Source: a virus | Length of the DNA stretch: 36,033 nt | IMG/VR virus record: IMGVR_UViG_3300020814_000003 | Strand: one strand, 5' to 3' | Shown: positions 9,246 through 15,427 of the stretch, one piece after another | Layout of the letters: each line of letters starts with the position of its first letter | Numbering within the stretch: the first letter of the stretch is position 1 | Translations under genes and position numbers: made by a program | The notes under the pieces: model-generated | What the model was told of the DNA's origin: nothing | What the model saw: the letters and a program-made list of their open reading frames with translations, nothing else | Databases searched by the model: none

Positions 9246-9517
9246 TGTGCGCCTGGGGCGATACGGAGCTGGTGCAGATCGGCGATCGGCAGGTCCCGGT
9301 GGACCGCTGCCTGGTGCCTCTGGTGCGCGCCCTGAACGACGGCGGGATCCCCACGGCCATGAGCTGCTGCGGGCACGGGGAGGGCACCGGCTTCGTGCTG
9401 CTGGCTGATGGCCGCACGCTGGCGATTTGGGGCCCTGGCGCCTTCAAGGAGCAGGGCTTCCAGGCAATGGCCGAGGTCTTCGACCGCCGGCGCCAGGCGC
9501 TGGGGAGAAAGCCGTGA
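9245..9517 (+). CDS. Small Cys-rich conserved hypothetical protein.
   Basis: 90 aa, MCAWGDTELVQIG...CLVPLVRALNDGGIPTAMSCCGHGEG. It has an ATGA overlap upstream and a GTGA overlap downstream. Confidence 0.55.
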   Translation: MCAWGDTELVQIGDRQVPVDRCLVPLVRALNDGGIPTAMSCCGHGEGTGFVLLADGRTLAIWGPGAFKEQGFQAMAEVFDRRRQALGRKP

Positions 9518-9732
9518 AGAAGTTCCTCCTGAAGCTCGGCGACATGTTCCTCGACCAGGCCGGTGGGGTGGACGAAAAGCGGGTCATCGGGATCCCGACG
9601 TTGGTTGCCGCGGTGGTCTATGTGCTCGCCACCAGGGACGTAACTACCTTCGCCGCGGTGGCCGGCCTGGGCACGTTGCTCCTGGGCATCGGCGTGGCCG
9701 GCGACCAGGGCAAGCTCGGGGGCGGGGCGTGA
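9514..9732 (+). CDS. Two-TM holin-like membrane protein.
   Basis: 72 aa with two hydrophobic helices (IGIPTLVAAVVYVLA and FAAVAGLGTLLLGIGVAG). GTG start overlapping the previous stop. Confidence 0.6.
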   Translation: MKKFLLKLGDMFLDQAGGVDEKRVIGIPTLVAAVVYVLATRDVTTFAAVAGLGTLLLGIGVAGDQGKLGGGA

Positions 9733-10262
9733 CTGCGATCCTGCTGTACCGCGGCAACCCGAAGAGCTTCAGCGATCGGGCGATCATGCACGTGACCGAC
9801 TCGCCCTACACGCACAGCGCGATCTGCCTGGGCGGCTTCACCTTCGAGTCCAGCATCTGGCTGCAGCCAGGCGCACGCCGCTGGATGATCTGGCGCTACC
9901 GCAGCGGCGTGCAGATCACCGTAGGCGAGCGCAGCGCGGACTTGCGCCTGGCACCGCGCGTCGAGCGCACGCCGGAGCAGGTGCGCGCCGGCCTGGAGAA
10001 GGCCGTGGCCCTGGTGAACTCCCGGTCGTGGTACGCCTTCCTCCTGACGCTGTTCGACGCGCTGCTCTACCCCACCCGCGGCCTGTGGCGCTGGATCTAC
10101 CGGCGCACCGGCTGGGCGCCGTTCGTCAGCCGGCGGACGAATTGCAGCTACCTGTCCGATCTCCTGATGAAGGCCATGGGCCTGGACCTCTGGCCGGACA
10201 TGCCCGAGTCGCTGACCGTTCCCGGCGACTACGTGCACTGCGACGCGCTACAGGAGGCATGA
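9729..10262 (+). CDS. Second cysteine peptidase/amidase candidate (permuted NlpC/P60-YiiX-like, His before Cys).
   Basis: 177 aa, with SPYTHSAICLGG ... RRTNCSYLSDLLMKAMG. GTGA overlap upstream and ATGA-type overlap downstream. Confidence 0.45.
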   Translation: MTAILLYRGNPKSFSDRAIMHVTDSPYTHSAICLGGFTFESSIWLQPGARRWMIWRYRSGVQITVGERSADLRLAPRVERTPEQVRAGLEKAVALVNSRSWYAFLLTLFDALLYPTRGLWRWIYRRTGWAPFVSRRTNCSYLSDLLMKAMGLDLWPDMPESLTVPGDYVHCDALQEA

Positions 10263-10846
10263 TGTGCAGCTCAAGGTTCGCTGGTGGGTGCTCCCGATCC
10301 TCGTTGTGGCGGGTGCTGCTCTTGGCGGTTTTGCTGTGTGGCGCCATGACCTGGCCGCTGGCAGCCGAGCAGCCCAGCGCATCGCCGCCGAGAAGCGAGA
10401 GCTGTACGCCCGAATCGACCGAAGCCTTGCAGCTGTTGCAGCAGGCCGATCCGCTCTTATCGAGGCTGATAGCGCTCTTGCTCGACAAGGAGAACGAAAT
10501 CGAGAACTTGCGCAGCAGCTTGCGGAGCTTCGAGCAGCAGATGCAGAGCGACAGCGCCGAGCGGCAGAGGCAGTACGAGGAATTGCAGAGCAAGTTGAGC
10601 GCCTCGGAGATGGAACGGGCGAAGCTGTTGACCTTGCTCGCCGTGCTCAGGGACTCGTACAAGGAGCAATCCGAGTACTTGGAGGGGATCAAGGCGCAGG
10701 CGGGGGCGGTGATCGCTGACTACGAGCTGGTGCTGGCAGCCGAGCGCGCCAAGGTGCTGGGCTGGAAGATCGGGGGGATCACGGTCGGCATAGGCCTGGC
10801 CGCGCTCGGCACCTACGAGCTGGGCCGGGCGATCGGCTGGTGGTAG
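10259..10846 (+). CDS. Envelope coiled-coil protein with an N-terminal signal/anchor and a C-terminal TM helix (spanin-like position).
   Basis: 195 aa, with CAGGAGG upstream. The N-terminus is LWRVLLLAVLLCGAMTWPLAA/EQP, followed by a long Leu/Glu/Gln heptad region, and the end is KIGGITVGIGLAALGTYELGRAIGWW. GC3 is about 85-90 percent in this frame. Confidence 0.65.
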   Translation: MMCSSRFAGGCSRSSLWRVLLLAVLLCGAMTWPLAAEQPSASPPRSESCTPESTEALQLLQQADPLLSRLIALLLDKENEIENLRSSLRSFEQQMQSDSAERQRQYEELQSKLSASEMERAKLLTLLAVLRDSYKEQSEYLEGIKAQAGAVIADYELVLAAERAKVLGWKIGGITVGIGLAALGTYELGRAIGWW

Positions 10847-10855
10847 GAGGGGGAG

Positions 10856-11278
10856 ATGGCACGTTTCGCTCATGGATTTCGCACCACGGCCACGCAGAAC
10901 GCGGTGCTGGAGCTGAGGGCCGGGGCTTCCGATCGCGCGCGCCTCGTGGAGCTGGGGCTGACGCTCACCGCCCAGACTCTGACGCCAGTGGGCCTTGGCT
11001 ACCCGCAGGCTCTCGGCGTGACGCCCACCGCGCCCGTGACCCTGCTCTCGGAATCCGACGGCGCGACCTGCGGGATCACCAGCGCCCTGGCCTGGGCCAC
11101 CCCGCCAACGGTGCCCGCCTACTTCTACCGCCGCGCCACCCTCGGACTCGAAACCGACGAGCTGGTCTGGCGCTGGCCCAACGGCGGCGGCTTGCTGCTT
11201 TTGCCGTCCACGGCGCTCGTGCTCTGGCTGTTCGCCGCGGGCGCGGCGCTGGACGGCTGGGCGGTGTTCGAGCAGTAA
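10856..11278 (+). CDS. Hypothetical protein.
   Basis: 140 aa, with GGAGGGGGAG just upstream of the ATG and high GC3. No motif recognised. Confidence 0.6.
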   Translation: MARFAHGFRTTATQNAVLELRAGASDRARLVELGLTLTAQTLTPVGLGYPQALGVTPTAPVTLLSESDGATCGITSALAWATPPTVPAYFYRRATLGLETDELVWRWPNGGGLLLLPSTALVLWLFAAGAALDGWAVFEQ

Positions 11279-11279
11279 C

Positions 11280-11678
11280 TCACTCGTTCGGCTTCCTCGG
11301 CCTCCCGCGGGGCCTGCTACCATCGCGTACCGGCTTGCGCCCGTTAGCGCGGCTGGCCTCTGCGCGCTTGGGCGTGCGGATAGAAGCCAGAGCCCGGGCG
11401 GCTGCCGAGGCCGGATCGAGTTTCCAGCCGACAGCGGACCCGCGCACCATGCGGACCGTATCGTCATCCTGATCCCGGCGGAAGCGCTGGACCAGCTCCA
11501 CAGCAGAGCGGGCGCGGAATTGTCCAGTTCCCCGCCACTGCTTCCAGTCGCCGCGCCCGTCGCGGACGAAAAGGCCCTCTCCCTCGATGTTGACGGCGAT
11601 CTCCATCTCCTCCCGGCGCCCTGTCTCGGGGTTTTCCCGGGTGACCGTTACGCTATTGTAGATGCTCTGGAATCTCAT
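11280..11678 (-). CDS. Hypothetical DNA-binding protein with a C-terminal AT-hook.
   Basis: 132 aa, with GAGGGG 6 nt upstream of the ATG. The C-terminus is ...RAEASRANGRKPVRDGSRPRGRPRKPNE, which contains the GRP AT-hook core flanked by R/K. It is the second gene of the leftward operon. Confidence 0.6.
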   Translation of the reverse strand: MRFQSIYNSVTVTRENPETGRREEMEIAVNIEGEGLFVRDGRGDWKQWRGTGQFRARSAVELVQRFRRDQDDDTVRMVRGSAVGWKLDPASAAARALASIRTPKRAEASRANGRKPVRDGSRPRGRPRKPNE

Positions 11679-11688
11679 GGTTCACCCC

Positions 11689-11880
11689 TCAGTCATCGCA
11701 CCCAGTCATCTTCGAAGCGGCGAGTTTGCGGCTGTCCCACTCATACATGATTTCGCCAGCATCCGCATTCGGGAACTCGGCCCGCAGGTTCTTCAATAGC
11801 CCCTGAGCCACGAGCCGATCCAAATCTACCTGAGTCACCGCGCCCTTGGTCATCTCGGCGATTCGCTCTCTAATTGTCAT
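11689..11880 (-). CDS. Small hypothetical protein, first gene of the leftward operon.
   Basis: 63 aa from the ATG preceded by GGAGG plus a 7-nt spacer (MTIRERIAEMTKG...). It lies downstream of the consensus-like promoter at 11905-11933. The longer track ORF (to 11937) lacks an RBS. Confidence 0.55.
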   Translation of the reverse strand: MTIRERIAEMTKGAVTQVDLDRLVAQGLLKNLRAEFPNADAGEIMYEWDSRKLAASKMTGCDD

Positions 11881-11904
11881 CTGATTGCCTCCTGCCATAC
11901 TTAT

Positions 11905-11933
11905 ATAATAACCCAGCGATGGGATAATGTCAA
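11905..11933 (-). promoter_or_regulatory. Sigma70-type promoter for the leftward operon: -35 TTGACA, 17-nt spacer, -10 TATTAT.
   Basis: The minus strand reads TTGACAttatcccatcgctgggtTATTAT, located ~25 nt upstream of the 11880 start in a local low-GC patch. Confidence 0.6.
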
Positions 11934-12061
11934 CCAAAATCGCAAAGAATCTATGCCGCCGTTTGTGTAGTGGTTTCCTGTTCCGATTTTAAGCCCGCAC
12001 ACTCCCCCATCGGGGGATATTGCAGGCTACGGCGTGCACCCCGTATCCTTTGCATAACGCT

Positions 12062-13345
12062 ATGCGCGAGCAGCTGTACGCCTGTGAACCGACCTTCCTC
12101 GTCGCCTACCTGGAGCGGCTGGAAAACGCCTCCGAGGAGGAGGTGCGGCTCGCGGCGCAGATGTTCGGCGAATCGCCCGAGGACGACGACGACCATCTGG
12201 AGGAGGAGACCGACGAGGAGGGCAACGTCCGCGTGCGGATCGAGGGCCCGCTGTCCATGTCCGGACCCTCGCCGCTCGCGCGGCTGTTCGGGGGCCAGGG
12301 CACCAGCTACCAGCAGATCGTGGCCTGGGCCAAGGACTGCCGCCGCCGCCGGCCCCGCAGCGTGGCCCTGGAGTTCAACTCACCGGGCGGCGAGGTGCCC
12401 GGCGCCGATCTCGCCTACCAGGCGATCCGCGCGCTGGCCGCCGAGGTCCCGACGCGGGCCGAGGTCAGCGGCATGTGCGCCTCCGCCGCCTACTGGCTGG
12501 CCGTCGCCTGCCCCGACATCCGCGCTCTGTCGCCGGCTGCCGAGGTCGGGTCCATCGGCGTGAAGATCGTGGCCATCGACGACAGCGGACTCCGCGACGC
12601 CCTGGGCATCAAGCGCGTGACCATCGTCAGCCGCAACGCCCCGCGCAAGGACGACAACCCCAGCACGAAGGCCGGCCGCGACGTGCTCCAGGAGCGCGCC
12701 GACGCCATGGAGGCGGTGTTCATCCAGCGCATCGCCGAGGGCCGGAAGACCAGCACCGAGGACGTGGAGGCCAACTACGGCCGCGGCGCCCTGCTCATCG
12801 CCAGCGAGGCCCGCCGCGTCGGCATGATCGACGCGATCCAGGACAGTATCCCCGCCAGCCGCCAAGCCGCGAGTCTCGCGGCGCAGGCTGCCGGCTTGCT
12901 CGTAGCCCAGAACCAGACGCCGGCTCCCCCGGCCAAGAAGGAGAAGCCCATGACGCTGAAAGAACTGCTGGCCAGCGATCCGCTCGCCCGCTCCGAGTAC
13001 GAGAAGGCCCTGGCCGAGGCCCGTGCCGAGGGCGTGAAGGCCGTGGAGGCGCGGATCACCGCCGCCAAGCCCTACCTGGCCCTGCAGGTCGTGCAACGCG
13101 CCCTGGAGCGCCAGGCCGGCAACACCGACAGCCTGAAGACCTACGCCGGCCCCTTCTTCCTCCGGCAGAGCTGCCCGCGGACCCAGCACCTGGAGGGCGA
13201 AGGGAAGACCGTCGGCGATCGCCACCTGCGCGAGCAGCGGCGGATCCTCGAGCGCCTTTGTCACATAAGTCGTTGCCAGTGCAGTAATTGTGACATTGCG
13301 CCGCCTCGACATTGCTTCGAGCCTGGCGTGCGTTGTTTCGTCTAA
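12062..13345 (+). CDS. S49/ClpP-fold serine peptidase fused to a scaffold-like coiled-coil tail (lambda gpC/Nu3-type). It lies outside the head module.
   Basis: Motifs are EFNSPGGEVPGADLAYQAIRAL and SGMCASAAYWLAVACP. The C-terminal part is MTLKELLASDPLARSEYEKALAEARAEGVKAVEARI. The start is uncertain (ATG 12062 or TTG 12020). The last ~30 codons are low-GC3 and antisense to the RHH ORF. Confidence 0.7.
   Translation: MREQLYACEPTFLVAYLERLENASEEEVRLAAQMFGESPEDDDDHLEEETDEEGNVRVRIEGPLSMSGPSPLARLFGGQGTSYQQIVAWAKDCRRRRPRSVALEFNSPGGEVPGADLAYQAIRALAAEVPTRAEVSGMCASAAYWLAVACPDIRALSPAAEVGSIGVKIVAIDDSGLRDALGIKRVTIVSRNAPRKDDNPSTKAGRDVLQERADAMEAVFIQRIAEGRKTSTEDVEANYGRGALLIASEARRVGMIDAIQDSIPASRQAASLAAQAAGLLVAQNQTPAPPAKKEKPMTLKELLASDPLARSEYEKALAEARAEGVKAVEARITAAKPYLALQVVQRALERQAGNTDSLKTYAGPFFLRQSCPRTQHLEGEGKTVGDRHLREQRRILERLCHISRCQCSNCDIAPPRHCFEPGVRCFV
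12949..13345 (+). CDS. Possible nested in-frame scaffold-like product (Nu3-style internal start).
   Basis: An internal AAGGAG plus 6-nt spacer plus ATG lies in the same frame (…KKEKP-MTLKELLASDPL…). This is an analogy to the lambda C/Nu3 nesting only. Confidence 0.3.
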
Positions 13346-13387
13346 TCGGACTTTCACCTCTTTCGGCTTCTTTCTTTTCGCGACCAT
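13255..13387 (-). CDS. Ribbon-helix-helix (Arc/Mnt/CopG-type) DNA-binding protein. Only the RHH-domain part is credible; the ORF has no stop until 12380.
   Basis: MVAKRKKPKEVKVRLDETTHARLEAMSRRRNVTITALATTYVTKALE, with an RBS AAGGAAGG and a promoter at 13411-13439. Downstream the frame runs on as an antisense shadow of the S49 gene. Confidence 0.5.
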
Positions 13388-13403
13388 GACCTTCCTTTTC
13401 CTC

Positions 13404-13411
13404 GTACACCA
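13404..13411. promoter_or_regulatory. Operator-like half-site GTACACCA, the inverted copy of TGGTGTAC.
   Basis: It forms a perfect 8-nt inverted repeat with 13488-13495 and abuts the -10 of the leftward promoter. Confidence 0.4.
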
Positions 13412-13439
13412 TTATCGCCCCAAATAGGGAAAATTGCAA
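13411..13439 (-). promoter_or_regulatory. Leftward sigma70-type promoter: -35 TTGCAA, 17-nt spacer, -10 GATAAT.
   Basis: The minus strand reads TTGCAAttttccctatttggggcGATAAT, followed immediately by TGGTGTAC and then the RBS of the minus RHH gene. Confidence 0.55.
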
Positions 13440-13447
13440 TAAAAATA

Positions 13448-13476
13448 TTGACAAGGCGCGCCGAGTGGTGTAGTAT
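13448..13476 (+). promoter_or_regulatory. Rightward sigma70-type promoter: -35 TTGACA, 17-nt spacer, -10 TAGTAT.
   Basis: The sequence is TTGACAaggcgcgccgagtggtgTAGTAT. It sits back-to-back with the leftward promoter, ~30 nt upstream of the plus RHH gene. Confidence 0.55.
13466..13472. promoter_or_regulatory. Operator-like repeat TGGTGTA overlapping the rightward -10.
   Basis: This is the third copy of the TGGTGTA motif in the 120-nt divergent control region. Confidence 0.35.
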
Positions 13477-13487
13477 TGGGGGTATAT

Positions 13488-13495
13488 TGGTGTAC
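13488..13495. promoter_or_regulatory. Operator-like half-site TGGTGTAC downstream of the rightward -10.
   Basis: It is the inverted-repeat partner of 13404-13411 and lies between the promoter and the RBS of the plus RHH gene. Confidence 0.4.
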
Positions 13496-13507
13496 TGAGA
13501 GGGGAAC

Positions 13508-13657
13508 GTGAAGGACGTCAAGATCAGGCTAAACGAAAGGCAGTACGAATTGCTGCGCAAGAAAGCTGCCGACGAGCTCCGCTCTATCAACAAGCAGGTC
13601 ACCGTTTTCGTTCTGTCTGGGTTGCAGGGAGACGAAAGGCGGCGACTGAAAAAGTGA
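13508..13657 (+). CDS. Ribbon-helix-helix (Arc/CopG-type) small regulator.
   Basis: 49 aa from the GTG: VKDVKIRLNERQYELLRKKAADELRSINKQVTVFVLSGLQGDERRRLKK. GAGAGGGG lies upstream. It is below the 60-aa cut-off of the ORF track, and its stop overlaps the next start (GTGA). Confidence 0.6.
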   Translation: MKDVKIRLNERQYELLRKKAADELRSINKQVTVFVLSGLQGDERRRLKK

Positions 13658-13872
13658 TCACTGCCATTTTGACGCCAGAACAGTCCGCCCTGATTGCTGC
13701 CGCGCGCGAGCGCTACGGCGAGGACATCACGCCCTGCAGGAACAGGGCGCGCCTTGAGGATTGCTTCATGGACCACGGTAGGTACGGCTACTTCCTCTAC
13801 TTCAACACGCCTGATGGTAGCACGCATGTAGTCTCGGCCAAAACAAAGGACGAACTGAATGCCCTACGCTGA
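13654..13872 (+). CDS. Hypothetical protein downstream of the RHH gene, at the antirepressor position by analogy to P22 immI.
   Basis: 72 aa, MITAILTPEQSALIAAARERYGEDITPCRNRARLEDCF..., translationally coupled to the RHH gene. Confidence 0.5.
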   Translation: MITAILTPEQSALIAAARERYGEDITPCRNRARLEDCFMDHGRYGYFLYFNTPDGSTHVVSAKTKDELNALR

Positions 13873-14035
13873 TCCCCAAAAAGCACGCGAAAGCGTAGGC
13901 GGGCCGGTGATCGTGGAATCGTGGCGTCCAGTTATCTTTCGGGGCCTTCCAACGATCGAGCGGGCACTTCGGGTTGCGAGGAGGCTTCATGCAAATATCG
14001 CTTTCCTGAAATCGAAGCCATCACGAAGAAAGTAG
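13859..14035 (+). CDS. Possible small ORF (58 aa).
   Basis: MPYADPQKARESVGGPVIVESWRPVIFRGLPTIERALRVARRLHANIAFLKSKPSRRK. It overlaps the previous stop by 14 nt. Local GC is too neutral for GC3 to discriminate. Confidence 0.3.
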   Translation: MPYADPQKARESVGGPVIVESWRPVIFRGLPTIERALRVARRLHANIAFLKSKPSRRK

Positions 14036-14197
14036 AATCTATCGGGATCGAAGCTCGATCTGTTGGAATGGCTGCTGCAGCGCGAACGAAGAGCTGGAGC
14101 CGCAGCGGGCCAGGAAGGAGGCCAAGAAGGCATCGTGAGGGTTGGGAGTGGACAGGCGAGCTATAAGGCGGCTGGCCTGCCCGCTCTCCGTTCGGGC

Positions 14198-14247
14198 CCC
14201 GGGGGAGGCCTTGCTGGCACCCGTCCAGCTCCCCCGGGCTTTTCTTC
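14198..14247 (+). terminator. Intrinsic terminator/attenuator hairpin immediately upstream of the recombination operon RBS.
   Basis: A 10-bp stem pairs CCCGGGGGAG (14198-14207) with CTCCCCCGGG (14229-14238). There is an inner 4-bp extension, and CTTTTCTTC follows. The AAGGAGAG RBS starts at 14252. Confidence 0.5.
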
Positions 14248-14263
14248 ATCCAAGGAGAGCGGG

Positions 14264-15427
14264 ATGAACGGAAACGAAAACCTACCTGCGGTCGTCCAGA
14301 CCGCGATCAAGGAGCTGCGGGTCAACCTGGACCAGGTCAACTTGATGCTTCCCACGCAGACCTTTGGCGAGGTCCTGGGCATGTATGACCGCGTCACCAT
14401 CGAGGTGGTGACGATCAACACCGCCAAGGATTCCGGAGAAGTCTATGAGATCTCCGGGAAAAAGAGCTTAGGCAAGATACCCCTGGAGAAGATCGGCGCC
14501 GCGGTGGGCATCATCTGGGACCCGGTGAACACCACGATCCTGGAATCCGGACCAACCAAGAGCCGGGCCAAGGCCACCGGAGCGCTGCGCAAGCCGAACG
14601 GCGAGTTCATCGTTCTGAGCGAGGAGAAGACCGTCGACCTGGAGGCCATCGAGGAAGAGCAGCGCATGGCGAAGGAGGACGAAGCCAAGCGCGGGAAAAT
14701 CATCGAGGTCAACGGCAAGATCCAGTGGGAGACCACGCAGACCGGGAAATCCTACCCGAAGCGCGAGTCCTGGTCGAGCGATCAGGAGAAGGCGGACTGG
14801 ATCGATCGCGAGGTCCGCAAGGCCATGATCTCCTATCGGAAGTTCAAGGACGAGCGGGCCATGACCGGCGCGAAGGAACGCTGCATCCGGGCCCTGCTGG
14901 CCTTGAAGACCAGCTACACCGACGCCGAGCTGGCCAAGCCCTTCGCCTTCCCGCGGGTCCTCCCCGACGTCAACAAGATGCTCGCCGACCCGTCGGCCCG
15001 CCAAGCTGCCATCCAGCGCATGACCGGAGCCGTCAGCTCCATCTTCGGCCCCGGGGCGGAGCGGGATGTCACCCCGCGGCCGGCCATCAGTGCGGAGGTC
15101 CTGGAGATCCCCGCGGACCAGGTCCGGGAGCAGCCGCCGGGGGCCGCGGAGCCCGTGGACGACGACCCCTTCGAGGAGAACGCCGCCGCCGGGAAGCAGC
15201 CGGCCGCGGCGCAGCCGGAAGCCGACCCGAAGGAAGAAGCCCGCCACACGCTGCAGGAGTGGCTGCTGTCGGAGATCCTCAAGCCCTCCGCAAAGCAGCT
15301 GATCCGGGAGCTGCTCGGCAACGAGGGCGCTACCCTGGAGGCCCTGCAGGATATGATCCGGCGCTGCAACGAGTACCAGCAGCGGAAGAAGACGCCGGCG
15401 GCCGCGGCCGCGGGAGGTGCGAAGTGA
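14264..15427 (+). CDS. Putative single-strand annealing / recombination mediator protein with an acidic Pro/Ala-rich C-terminal tail.
   Basis: 387 aa, with AAGGAGAG upstream. It lies directly upstream of, and is coupled (GTGA) to, the Mre11-Rad50 fusion. The segment ...KFKDERAMTGAKERCIRALLALK... is reminiscent of SSAP families. This is weak recognition only. Confidence 0.35.
   Translation: MNGNENLPAVVQTAIKELRVNLDQVNLMLPTQTFGEVLGMYDRVTIEVVTINTAKDSGEVYEISGKKSLGKIPLEKIGAAVGIIWDPVNTTILESGPTKSRAKATGALRKPNGEFIVLSEEKTVDLEAIEEEQRMAKEDEAKRGKIIEVNGKIQWETTQTGKSYPKRESWSSDQEKADWIDREVRKAMISYRKFKDERAMTGAKERCIRALLALKTSYTDAELAKPFAFPRVLPDVNKMLADPSARQAAIQRMTGAVSSIFGPGAERDVTPRPAISAEVLEIPADQVREQPPGAAEPVDDDPFEENAAAGKQPAAAQPEADPKEEARHTLQEWLLSEILKPSAKQLIRELLGNEGATLEALQDMIRRCNEYQQRKKTPAAAAAGGAK

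Noticed and set aside
10264-10719. Alternative-frame ORF that reads like an Rz-type i-spanin: N-terminal TM (WWVLPILVVAGAALGGFAVW) plus an Ala/Arg-rich coiled coil, embedded in the 10259..10846 gene.
   Set aside because: Codon-by-codon GC3 is about 85-90 percent in the 10259 frame. In this frame it drops to roughly half after the first ~45 codons. Ala/Arg-rich helices are the expected off-frame echo of Leu/Glu/Gln heptads. I keep it only as a note under the spanin-like finding.
13242-13252. GGATCCTCGAG (overlapping BamHI and XhoI sites) exactly at the compositional junction, which could suggest a cloning scar.
   Set aside because: GGATCC and similar GC-rich hexamers occur many times throughout this genome. 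There is no flanking vector-like sequence. Coincidence is more parsimonious.
12380-13254. The remaining ~290 codons of the minus-strand RHH ORF, which would make it a 335-aa protein.
   Set aside because: This part is exactly the codon-phased antisense of the S49 protease gene. Its third positions fall on the S49 first positions, and it translates to Gly/Leu/Ala/Gln junk. Only the first ~45 codons, which lie in a separate low-GC patch with their own promoter and RBS, look real.
14725-15423. Upstream in-frame extension of the SbcDC ORF (the track lists 14725..18873, 1382 aa).
   Set aside because: The extension overlaps the upstream SSAP-like gene in another frame and is Arg/Gly/Pro junk. GTG 15424 follows GGGAGGTG, overlaps the upstream stop (GTGA), and is immediately followed by the first Mre11 motif (LHTADVH).
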